Assembly (NCBI GenBank): GCA_944393205.1
Contig: CALXZI010000003.1
Location: 643-64,642, forward strand
Direction of reading: 5' to 3'
Source of the DNA: an uncultured Alphaproteobacteria bacterium
GTDB taxonomy: Bacteria > Pseudomonadota > Alphaproteobacteria > RF32 > CAG-239
DNA length: 64,000 bases
Shown piece by piece: positions 1-7,252 of the stretch (positions are counted from its first letter, which is position 1; each line of letters begins with the position of its first letter). Both the position numbers and the translations under genes were made by a program. The notes under the pieces were generated by a model. It had not been told where the DNA came from. It saw only the letters and a program-made list of their open reading frames with translations, and made no database searches.

Positions 1-1
1 G

Positions 2-679
2 ACAAACGAGAATCCAGCGCAAAGCGTCAAATTGCTGCCGGTAGAAAACCAGCGCTTACGCTTTTTTTCACACGAAGAGGCCAAAAACCTGCTTGACCGA
101 TTAAAAAAAGTGCGTCCGGCCGGTGCGCCCGCGCGCGGCTACTTGTATTATAAAACCTATCAGACTTCACAAATTTACGAAATGGCTTTAATATCGCTAT
201 ATTGCGGCTGCCGCGCCGGTGAATTATATTCCCTTAAAGCAAACGATGTAAATTTTGCCACCGGATTTTTAACTATTCGCAAAAGCAAAAATCATAATGC
301 CCGCAACATACCGATGCCGCAAATTGTTATTGATATGCTAAAACAGCGCTTGGAATCTTTGCAAATTACAGGGGAAGCGCCGATTTTTCAAGACACGGAC
401 GGCGGCGAACTTTACGAAGTGCCGGATTGCTACCAGAAGATTGCCGATGAGCTTTTCAATCAGGGAATAGAAGACCGGCAGCAGCGCGCTGTTTTCCATA
501 CTTTGCGGCACACATACGCCAGCTGGCTTGTTATGTCCGGCGTGGACTTATACACCGTCAAAGAGCTTATGGGACACAAAACCCTTGCTATGACGATGCG
601 TTATGCTCACCTTGCGCCGAACAAATTTACAGCAGCTATTGCCGCCCTTAATCATTCCGCCGCCGATAACGAAGATTGA
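2..679 (+). CDS. int: Tyrosine recombinase / phage integrase, C-terminal catalytic domain; 5' end cut by window edge
   Basis: Reading frame is open to the window edge. Catalytic motifs are present: HTLRHTYAS...LMGHKTLAMTMRYAHL (R, HxxR, Y). Confidence 0.85.
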   Translation, partial: TNENPAQSVKLLPVENQRLRFFSHEEAKNLLDRLKKVRPAGAPARGYLYYKTYQTSQIYEMALISLYCGCRAGELYSLKANDVNFATGFLTIRKSKNHNARNIPMPQIVIDMLKQRLESLQITGEAPIFQDTDGGELYEVPDCYQKIADELFNQGIEDRQQRAVFHTLRHTYASWLVMSGVDLYTVKELMGHKTLAMTMRYAHLAPNKFTAAIAALNHSAADNED

Positions 680-858
680 TATTGTGCCATTTTCCCCAGC
701 GCTTTACTTTCCTTAAAACAAAGACGCTCGTAAAATTCCGCCTTTTTGCCCTTGTTAAATTCGGAAACCGGACGACAATATCCCATAACCCGTGTCCATA
801 TTTCGCATTTTTGCCGCTCGTTATCACTTAAAACAATCTCTTTTTCCATTTTGTTCAC
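652..858 (-). CDS. Small Cys-containing protein (68 aa); weak resemblance to the C-terminal glycyl-radical region of class III RNR (NrdD)
   Basis: Start codon overlaps the RNase H stop (ATGA). Contains RVMGYCRPVSEFNKGKKAEF, similar to the RVxGY...NKGK motif of NrdD. Confidence 0.35.
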   Translation of the reverse strand: MNKMEKEIVLSDNERQKCEIWTRVMGYCRPVSEFNKGKKAEFYERLCFKESKALGKMAQYQSSLSAAE

Positions 859-1286
859 CTTTCATAAAATTTAGCTCGGCCGGCTTTGGCCAGCATATCG
901 GCTATATTGTTGCCCATGGCGTGGCTTTGATAAACGCGCCTGTGTCCTTTTATTTTACCCACGCTCAAGCCTAATTTCCTTATTTTGTAAGCTATCAATT
1001 CACAATGCTTATGCCTTATATATTGCTCTTTTGTTCGCGGCTTATCTTTTATATTGCCGGCAATATAGGCAATGGCCGTTTGGCTGTCGGTATAAATTAT
1101 TCCCCGCTGTTCCGTTAAAATTCCGGCCAGATAAACCGCAAAAAGTTCGGCCTCATTATTAGACTGCGCTTTTATCCACGTTGAATATACACGCTCTTTT
1201 TCGCCTTTCTTTATCATAATGCCGATTCCGGCAATGTTCATCCGCTCATCAAACGAAGAATCCGCATAAGCAATTATTTCTTGCAA
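855..1286 (-). CDS. rnhA: Ribonuclease H (RNase HI-like)
   Basis: All catalytic motifs present: AYADSS (D), NNEAELFAV (E), IYTDSQ (D), H..GNNIADMLA (H/D). Confidence 0.8.
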   Translation of the reverse strand: MQEIIAYADSSFDERMNIAGIGIMIKKGEKERVYSTWIKAQSNNEAELFAVYLAGILTEQRGIIYTDSQTAIAYIAGNIKDKPRTKEQYIRHKHCELIAYKIRKLGLSVGKIKGHRRVYQSHAMGNNIADMLAKAGRAKFYER

Positions 1287-1504
1287 AGCTCCAACTCCTG
1301 CCGCAGCTTGTCAATTCTGCCGATCCATTCCCAGGTATTTGGAAAATCCTCTGCAGTCGCCTTTTCCAGTTCGGCCGCCACCGGCGCGCCGGCCACCGGA
1401 TATGTCGGACAAAAGTTATAATTGACCTGCGCGCATTTTGTTGAGCAGGCTGTCGCGGTTAGCATTAGGCTTGCTATAAATAACGCTTTTTTTAGTTTCC
1501 ACAT
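1274..1504 (-). CDS. o-spanin (Rz1-like) lipoprotein, overlapping the 3' part of Rz in another frame
   Basis: Signal peptide with Cys lipobox (MWKLKKALFIASLMLTATAC). Pro-rich mature region. Frame-shifted overlap with Rz. Confidence 0.65.
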   Translation of the reverse strand: MWKLKKALFIASLMLTATACSTKCAQVNYNFCPTYPVAGAPVAAELEKATAEDFPNTWEWIGRIDKLRQELELCKK

Positions 1505-1682
1505 TTTCCGCCTCCCGTTTTTGAACTTCCATAACCTCAATTTCATTGTTGCTGTGTTGTAAGGCGCATTCCGCCTGCACGCGTTTTTCAATTTGGTAAT
1601 TGCTCCAAAACCAAAAAGCGCCCAGCGCCACCGCCAAAATTACAACCCGCTCCAAAACGTCAATTATTTTCGCTTTTATCAT
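1416..1682 (-). CDS. i-spanin (Rz-like)
   Basis: N-terminal TM (VVILAVALGAFWFW) followed by a charged helical region. Sits after the holin and overlaps the lipoprotein ORF. Confidence 0.65.
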   Translation of the reverse strand: MIKAKIIDVLERVVILAVALGAFWFWSNYQIEKRVQAECALQHSNNEIEVMEVQKREAENVETKKSVIYSKPNANRDSLLNKMRAGQL

Positions 1683-2007
1683 TTCTGCCCCCTCTCACAA
1701 TTTCCACAACTGATTTGATTGTTTGCAAAGGCTTGTCAACCAAAAGCCTCAAAACAACGCTCAAAAAGTCAAAAATTTCACGAGCAAAGCTGCAACTTCC
1801 GCCGATTATGGCAAAAGTCAGATAAGCATTAACCCCCATGCCCATACAGATATTGCCGACAATCAGGCTTAAAGCTATGCTGGAAAAGACTTTTTTTATT
1901 TTGTCCGCCCTAGACAGCGATTCGCGTGTCCAAATAACGGAAAGCAAGCCGAAAATCATCCCGACAAGTCCAAACTCCAAAAGCAGTTCTTTGATTTCTC
2001 TCAACAT
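1660..2007 (-). CDS. Holin (3 predicted TM helices)
   Basis: 115 aa with three hydrophobic segments. Lies between endolysin and spanins with overlapping start/stop. Confidence 0.65.
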   Translation of the reverse strand: MLREIKELLLEFGLVGMIFGLLSVIWTRESLSRADKIKKVFSSIALSLIVGNICMGMGVNAYLTFAIIGGSCSFAREIFDFLSVVLRLLVDKPLQTIKSVVEIVRGGRNDKSENN

Positions 2008-2019
2008 CCACCACCCCCG

Positions 2020-2460
2020 TTAATCAATATTGTTGAAAAACAGGTGGTGGCCGATAACCATGCACGGCGCTTTTCCCTTTGCCCAGTTCGGCTGTGCGCA
2101 GGCTTTGGGGTTGTAATAGTGCGTTGCGCCTTTCGTTATGTCCTCAATTTCGCCATCGCACATTTTCTGCGCAATTTCCAAGCATTCGGCAAATTTCGGA
2201 TTCGCGGTTGTTACCTGTATGATTGTTTTGCGATTTGGGTCATTTTTATTCCAACACGAAAACTGCCACGGTTTAAGACAGGTCGCGGCAACGGTTGCCA
2301 CTTTGTAACCGTTGATTTCGCGCCAACCGCACATTTTTTTTCGCTTAACCCTATTTAAAATAACACAGGCAACCGCAATCTTGCCTTGCCTGCTTTCCCC
2401 TCTGGCCTCACCGTAAATGGTGCGCGCCAGCGTGTCTATGTCTACCAAATTACACATCAT
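2020..2460 (-). CDS. Endolysin, SleB/CwlJ-type cell wall hydrolase (Hydrolase_2 family)
   Basis: Motif TIYGEARGES..GKIAVACVILNRV characteristic of SleB-like cell wall hydrolases. First gene of the lysis cassette. Confidence 0.8.
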   Translation of the reverse strand: MMCNLVDIDTLARTIYGEARGESRQGKIAVACVILNRVKRKKMCGWREINGYKVATVAATCLKPWQFSCWNKNDPNRKTIIQVTTANPKFAECLEIAQKMCDGEIEDITKGATHYYNPKACAQPNWAKGKAPCMVIGHHLFFNNID

Positions 2461-2695
2461 TGCTCCTACCTTTATAAAATAAGAGCAATGCTCGGCGTTA
2501 AGTTATCTGCTATAATAATATGACAGCATTAAAAATTATTCAACGCTTATTATGTCGTTATATTCCGCCAGCGTGATATACTTGCCCACACAAGCCGCAA
2601 GCTCACGGCCGGAAATATAACCGGCTTCATACAGCCGACCGACACTTGCGCTTATTTTACAACCTTTAATAATTGCAAGCACGGCCAAATCAAAG

Positions 2696-2926
2696 CTATT
2701 CTTCTGCATTTTCCAGCTGTTCCCTCAACTGGCGGATTTCAGCGCGGCAGACTTCCGCCGCGGCTTCGTTGGCCAAATACTTATCAAGCGCAGGCGTTTC
2801 AAGCTCCGGATGCAGCTGTTTAAGCAACCGCGCGGTTTCAAACGCAACAATGCGTGCCGAATAGTCGCGCTGCTCCAAAACATTCATATTCTGGTTAATT
2901 TTATTTTGAATTTCATCTCTTGTCAT
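2696..2926 (-). CDS. Hypothetical 76-aa helical protein translationally coupled to the DGR RT
   Basis: Start overlaps the RT stop (ATGA). No recognisable motif. Confidence 0.5.
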   Translation of the reverse strand: MTRDEIQNKINQNMNVLEQRDYSARIVAFETARLLKQLHPELETPALDKYLANEAAAEVCRAEIRQLREQLENAEE

Positions 2927-4026
2927 TTTAGGTTACTCCACAAAATTTGCCGCATTTTCCAAACAGTCAGGCGGGCATCGCGGCGTTTCATACTGCCTGC
3001 CCAACTTTCCAAGGATTGCACAAGCTCCGACTTTTTCATCTCACCGGCCTTGACTATCCTTATTTGTTTTTTAAGCTTCCGCCGTTCCGTAACAATGCTT
3101 TTCCGGCAGGGCTTTTTAATAATTTTTCCGTTCTTTACAAGGTAAAATTTTGTTTTAAGCCACTTCACCCCGTTTTTTACATGAACAATCATTGTTTTCT
3201 TTACCGATAAAATTATTTTAAGCTTTTCACACAAACGCCTTAATATATCCAAAGCCTTTATAACCGTTGTTTTGTCTTTGGCCAAAACAAAACTGTCGTC
3301 CATATATCGGCCGTAATATGCGCCCGCGCAATGTTCCGTTATGGCGTGGTCTATTTCGCTCGGATAATATATTGCGTGCATCTGGCTTGTTTCCGAACCG
3401 AGGCCAAGTCCCAAACTTCCATAAGCATCAACAAAATCGTCAATATAGGCCAAAAGCTTTTTATCCTTAAAAATGCGGTGGTATTTTTCTTTCAAAACCT
3501 CATGATTGATATTTTCAAAATACCCCTTGAAATCCACCAAAAGAGCATAACCGCCAGCGCTGTTTTTCTTATAAAACCGCCGCAGCGCCTTTATAATCCT
3601 GTCGTTGGCAAATTTGACTCCTTTGCCTTTCTGGCTGGCCGAATTATCAAACAGTAACGATTTGGTATATACCGGATATAAAATATTATGGCATAAACAT
3701 TTTTGCACCACCCTTTCATAAAATTTAACCGCCGATATATTTCTTTGCTTGCCGCGCTCACACACGACAAACCGCGAAAATCCTTTGCGCACGTCTTTGC
3801 CAGCCTGCAAATCGCGGTATAATTTTTCGGTATTAAGAAGCTGGTTAATGCTCCACCTCTGCACCGTTCCTTTCCACATAACGTGCCGTTTGGCCAAATT
3901 TGCGGCATTATACAGATTTTTTCGGTTACAAAGCACTTCAAAATTATCATATAGCTGATAAAACGCCGCCCGTTTCGCTTCACGCTTGGCACGGCGTTTT
4001 TCAAATCGTTTTTCTCTTCTTGTCAT
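2923..4026 (-). CDS. DGR reverse transcriptase
   Basis: RT motifs: VDFKGYF (motif A), LGLGSETSQ (DGR-type GxxxSQ in place of QGxxSP), YGRYMDDSFVL (YxDD). Adjacent to the TR, avd and VR-bearing target gene. Confidence 0.9.
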   Translation of the reverse strand: MTRREKRFEKRRAKREAKRAAFYQLYDNFEVLCNRKNLYNAANLAKRHVMWKGTVQRWSINQLLNTEKLYRDLQAGKDVRKGFSRFVVCERGKQRNISAVKFYERVVQKCLCHNILYPVYTKSLLFDNSASQKGKGVKFANDRIIKALRRFYKKNSAGGYALLVDFKGYFENINHEVLKEKYHRIFKDKKLLAYIDDFVDAYGSLGLGLGSETSQMHAIYYPSEIDHAITEHCAGAYYGRYMDDSFVLAKDKTTVIKALDILRRLCEKLKIILSVKKTMIVHVKNGVKWLKTKFYLVKNGKIIKKPCRKSIVTERRKLKKQIRIVKAGEMKKSELVQSLESWAGSMKRRDARLTVWKMRQILWSNLK

Positions 4027-4255
4027 AATTCACCTTTTAAGCCTTGCAGGGCGGTTGGCGGATCTATACCCCACAATGCCCCGACTTAGTGCAGGCGTTC
4101 CGCCGCGTATAGCCTGCAATGCAACTCCATATTTCAGGGGCGTATCATCGGTCATCGTCAAAGCTCATATTTGCGTTAATTACGCGAGGTTTAACATTCC
4201 TTTCATTTTATTGCACAGTGTTCGGCCGTTATGGCCTACTAAGTCGGGCAGAAAA

Positions 4256-4384
4256 GAAATCAGAGCGGCGCGCGTATGTTCGTGTTGGTCGTGTTGTTGC
4301 AGTTCGCATTGCCGTTGCCGTTGACATTGCACGCGTTAGACGAACCACCGCCAGTGACTGACGAGAGCCAAAAGTTAGTGCGCC
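4256..4384 (-). repeat. DGR template repeat (TR), non-coding, between avd and RT
   Basis: About 129 bp, about 87% identical to VR (4898-5026) at a constant offset of 642. Of 17 mismatches in the aligned core, 16 are at TR adenines on the coding (-) strand. AAC codons are abundant in TR. Confidence 0.9.
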
Positions 4385-4395
4385 GAAATACAATA

Positions 4396-4812
4396 TTAAA
4401 CCTCTTTGCCGCCGACAACGTGTGAGTTCTTAATTGTTTTGTTTAACAACTCAATCTCATCAAGCAGCAAACCTGTTATTTCCCCAAGATTGCCAACCGT
4501 TACTGTTTGTATAACGTTTATCATGCACATCAGCTGGTTTTGCAGCTGATAACAGCCAATATATGCGCGCTGCAAATATTTTTTACGTTCTTCAAGCCGC
4601 TCTTGCGTGTTTGGAAACGTGTTATGCGCGCCGATAACATTGTTTAATATGCCGCATACGGTATGAATAGCCTCTTGCGCCAAAACAAAACGCCATTTTT
4701 TCGGCACGCGGTTTTCATTCATTAAATATTGTATCGTAACCTTTTGCAGCTGTTGCGCCGTTACCACATATTGTGTAGCGGTTTCTTTTCTGTTTCTTTT
4801 ATAAACTGGCAT
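4396..4812 (-). CDS. avd: Accessory variability determinant (Avd-like), basic helical protein
   Basis: About 139 aa, positively charged and predicted helical. Located between target gene and TR exactly as in BPP-1. Alternative start at 4854 overlaps the VR-flanking hairpin. Confidence 0.6.
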   Translation of the reverse strand: MPVYKRNRKETATQYVVTAQQLQKVTIQYLMNENRVPKKWRFVLAQEAIHTVCGILNNVIGAHNTFPNTQERLEERKKYLQRAYIGCYQLQNQLMCMINVIQTVTVGNLGEITGLLLDEIELLNKTIKNSHVVGGKEV

Positions 4813-4840
4813 ATTCTTCCTTGGGTTTGTGTTAGCAAAA

Positions 4841-4866
4841 AGCGCAGGGGACACTGCCCCTGCGCT
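4841..4866 (-). other. Perfect 10-bp stem hairpin immediately downstream of the VR/target gene stop
   Basis: agcgcagggg-acactg-cccctgcgct, located 21 nt past the target stop codon. Position and GC-rich stem match the hairpin/cruciform downstream of the IMH that BPP-1 needs for DGR homing. Confidence 0.6.
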
Positions 4867-4886
4867 GTTTTATGCGTTCGCTTCGC

Positions 4887-5936
4887 TTATGCGATATGAA
4901 AGCAGAGCGGCGCGCGTATGCCCGCGTAGGTCGTGTCGTAGCAGCCCGCAGTGCCGGTGCCGCTGACATTGCACGCGTAAGACGAACCACCGCCAGCGAC
5001 TGACGAGAGCCAAAAGTAGGGGCGCCCGAAGAGCAACCGACTTGCCGCCGACTTGAAAATATCCCACTGGCAATACGGACCGAATCCCTCCGGATTTTGT
5101 TGCGTCATAGATGGCTTGGTTGAGTGTATTAAACAGCCATACGCTTCTATTTCAGACGGCGCAAAAATCATACCGCGACCTTTCCAGTTCCAGCCGGTAT
5201 GGTCTGTCAGGGTTGCCGATGCGGAATATCTTTCCGGCATAAAACAGCGCTGCTCTTTCATATATCCGCGCAGCTTTGTGGAAAACGTCTGTAAATAGCC
5301 GTTGTCTGCTGCATTAAAGCCCACCGCACCGATATTATTTGTAGATGCGTTGTTAACCCCGTTCAAAACCGCATACAGTTTGGAGGCCTTAAACGGGTTG
5401 GCATCATAAGAAGAGCCGTTATTGTTATTAACCGTGTTAAATAGGACGTTCGCGGCCGAAAAACCGGCAAAAATTGTTAAATGGTGCGGCATTGCTGTAT
5501 CACCGGTGTTATAATACATATCAACCCCGGCAATCACGCATTTACGTTTCTGGCCACCGGCAACCGCCGTGCCGTCAACCGTTTTTGCAACAGTCGTGTC
5601 ATAAAAATAGTCAAACGGATAAATTCCCTCAAAATTGTTGGCCACACAACGGGCGTGCAGCCAGTCGGCCACCGTATCATAATTTGCAATTTCAGTGGCA
5701 AATTTCTCTTCCAAGTTTGTGCCTCTGTAAATTCCTTTTGCCAGTTGTTCAGCGATTCGCGCTTCCGACCGCAGGCCGGGCAGGCCTTTATACGCCGTTG
5801 TTCCGTCACCAACTTTAATTTCGCCGGTATCCGTTTCAAGAAAAAACTCGCCCAACCGCAAAACCTCATTCGCGCTTTTGGCGGCCGAACTTGAGCCTTG
5901 CCGGATTCTGATGCGTCTTGTAATTACGTCTGTCAT
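4887..5936 (-). CDS. mtd: DGR target: Mtd-like receptor-binding protein with C-type-lectin-like variable C-terminus
   Basis: N-terminal region (RIRIRQGSS...EFFLETDTGEIKVGDGTTAYKG) resembles the Bordetella Mtd N-terminal domain. C-terminus carries VR. Immediately after the tail fibre gene. The ORF extends to 6068; 5936 is the likely start (RBS GGAGA). Confidence 0.8.
   Translation of the reverse strand: MTDVITRRIRIRQGSSSAAKSANEVLRLGEFFLETDTGEIKVGDGTTAYKGLPGLRSEARIAEQLAKGIYRGTNLEEKFATEIANYDTVADWLHARCVANNFEGIYPFDYFYDTTVAKTVDGTAVAGGQKRKCVIAGVDMYYNTGDTAMPHHLTIFAGFSAANVLFNTVNNNNGSSYDANPFKASKLYAVLNGVNNASTNNIGAVGFNAADNGYLQTFSTKLRGYMKEQRCFMPERYSASATLTDHTGWNWKGRGMIFAPSEIEAYGCLIHSTKPSMTQQNPEGFGPYCQWDIFKSAASRLLFGRPYFWLSSVAGGGSSYACNVSGTGTAGCYDTTYAGIRAPLCFHIA
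4898..5026 (-). repeat. DGR variable repeat (VR) at the 3' end of the target gene
   Basis: Aligned to TR. Differences are confined to positions that are A in TR. Ends 9 nt before the stop codon. The shared GC-rich 3' segment (gagcggcgcgcg) is IMH-like. Confidence 0.9.
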
Positions 5937-5967
5937 ATTATTTCTCCATAAAGTTAAAGTAAAAAAA

Positions 5968-7185
5968 TCAAAGAACACCGCCGACAATCTCGTCAACCGT
6001 GGAATCGTCAGGCGTTCCGCCAAAAATTTCTGCATACCCGAGCAGCTCTTGCGCCTCTTCCAAAGCATCTAACGCGCTGTCTGCACTGTTTGCCGCTGAT
6101 GTTGCGCTGTTTTGTGCTGCCGTGGCATAAGGCTGTAAAACACTTGCCGCATAAGCAGATATTTCGGGTTTTGTCGTGTTATTAACATAATTGTTAATGT
6201 TCGTTTTGGCCGTGCCGTTAACATAGCTGTCAATCGCCGGTTTTGAGCTGCTGTTGACATAAGCGTCAATCGCCGGTTTTGTTGTGCCGTTAAGGTAGGA
6301 ATCTATTTGCCCGTGTGTGGTGGATATAATATACGCGTCAATATTATCTTGCGCCGCTTCAGTCACGGTTGTTTCGGCAGATTCCAAAACCTCATTTGCT
6401 GCCGCTATTGCTGCCGCCTCAACATCATCAACCGCCGCCGCAATCGTGTTTTGAATATTTTGTTGTGCGGTTTCAACCGTTTCTTCAACACTGGCCTCCG
6501 CCGCACTAACCGCTGCGTTAACGGTTGATATAGCTTCATCCTTGGTGTTGTTAATGGCCGTTGTCGCCTGTGTTTTGGTGGTGTTGATTTCCGTTTTGGC
6601 TGCATCCACATATTCCATAACGTCTTCAAGCGTTTCTTCCGCGCTTGCCACCGCTGCAGTCGCATTGTCGGCGGCCGTGGTGGCTGAATTTGCCGCACTT
6701 ATAGCCTGTGCGGCAATATCCGTGGCGCTGTCCAGCTTGGTATAAACTTCGTCAAGCAGTGCCTCCGGTGTCTGGCTGCCGGAAATCGTCACCTTAACGC
6801 AGCGGTCAAGCACTTCCTGATGCTGCTTCAAAATGGCCGTTACCTTATCAAAAGCGGCCTCTATGGATTCAGATGGAATCCGGCCAAATTCTTCCCAATC
6901 GGTCAGCTGCTCAATCGGTATGTTATAAACAATCGTCAGCTTCTTTCCGGCCGCCGGTGCGACAAGCATTGTCAACGTTCCGTTAACCGTGCCGGCAGCG
7001 GTAATGGTAAAATTTGTGTTTTCAACCTGCACAACTTCGTTTTCACCATCGGAATCCGCCAAAACAACTTTAATTTGTTTTGTTCCGTCCGGATTCGCAA
7101 AATAGGTAAACGGTACGGGAAAATTAACAGTTACACCATCGCCGGTATAAACCGCTCGCACCGGCATACTTGCTGGTATAGTCAT
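5968..7185 (-). CDS. Tail fibre protein (T7 gp17-like N-terminal adaptor domain plus Ala/Thr-rich repetitive shaft)
   Basis: N-terminus YTGDGVTVNFPVPFTYF...VVL resembles T7 gp17 (YQLDGSNRDFNIPFEYL...VVTL). Repetitive coiled-coil-like middle section. Confidence 0.7.
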   Translation of the reverse strand: MTIPASMPVRAVYTGDGVTVNFPVPFTYFANPDGTKQIKVVLADSDGENEVVQVENTNFTITAAGTVNGTLTMLVAPAAGKKLTIVYNIPIEQLTDWEEFGRIPSESIEAAFDKVTAILKQHQEVLDRCVKVTISGSQTPEALLDEVYTKLDSATDIAAQAISAANSATTAADNATAAVASAEETLEDVMEYVDAAKTEINTTKTQATTAINNTKDEAISTVNAAVSAAEASVEETVETAQQNIQNTIAAAVDDVEAAAIAAANEVLESAETTVTEAAQDNIDAYIISTTHGQIDSYLNGTTKPAIDAYVNSSSKPAIDSYVNGTAKTNINNYVNNTTKPEISAYAASVLQPYATAAQNSATSAANSADSALDALEEAQELLGYAEIFGGTPDDSTVDEIVGGVL

Positions 7186-7252
7186 ATTGCATCTCCAATA
7201 AAAAAGGAGGCCTTTTAAGCCTCCTGTCGGTTAAAATAAATAAAGCGGCTGT

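Noticed and set aside
2044-2358. + strand 104-aa ORF antisense to the endolysin gene
   Set aside because: The endolysin ORF has a clear SleB-family motif. The antisense translation has no features.
3986-5073. ORFs 3986-4324(+), 4119-4361(+), 4870-5073(-) overlapping TR, the spacer and VR
   Set aside because: They overlap the non-coding DGR template repeat and spacer, or lie in a different frame of the VR-bearing target gene. Cys/Arg-rich nonsense translations.
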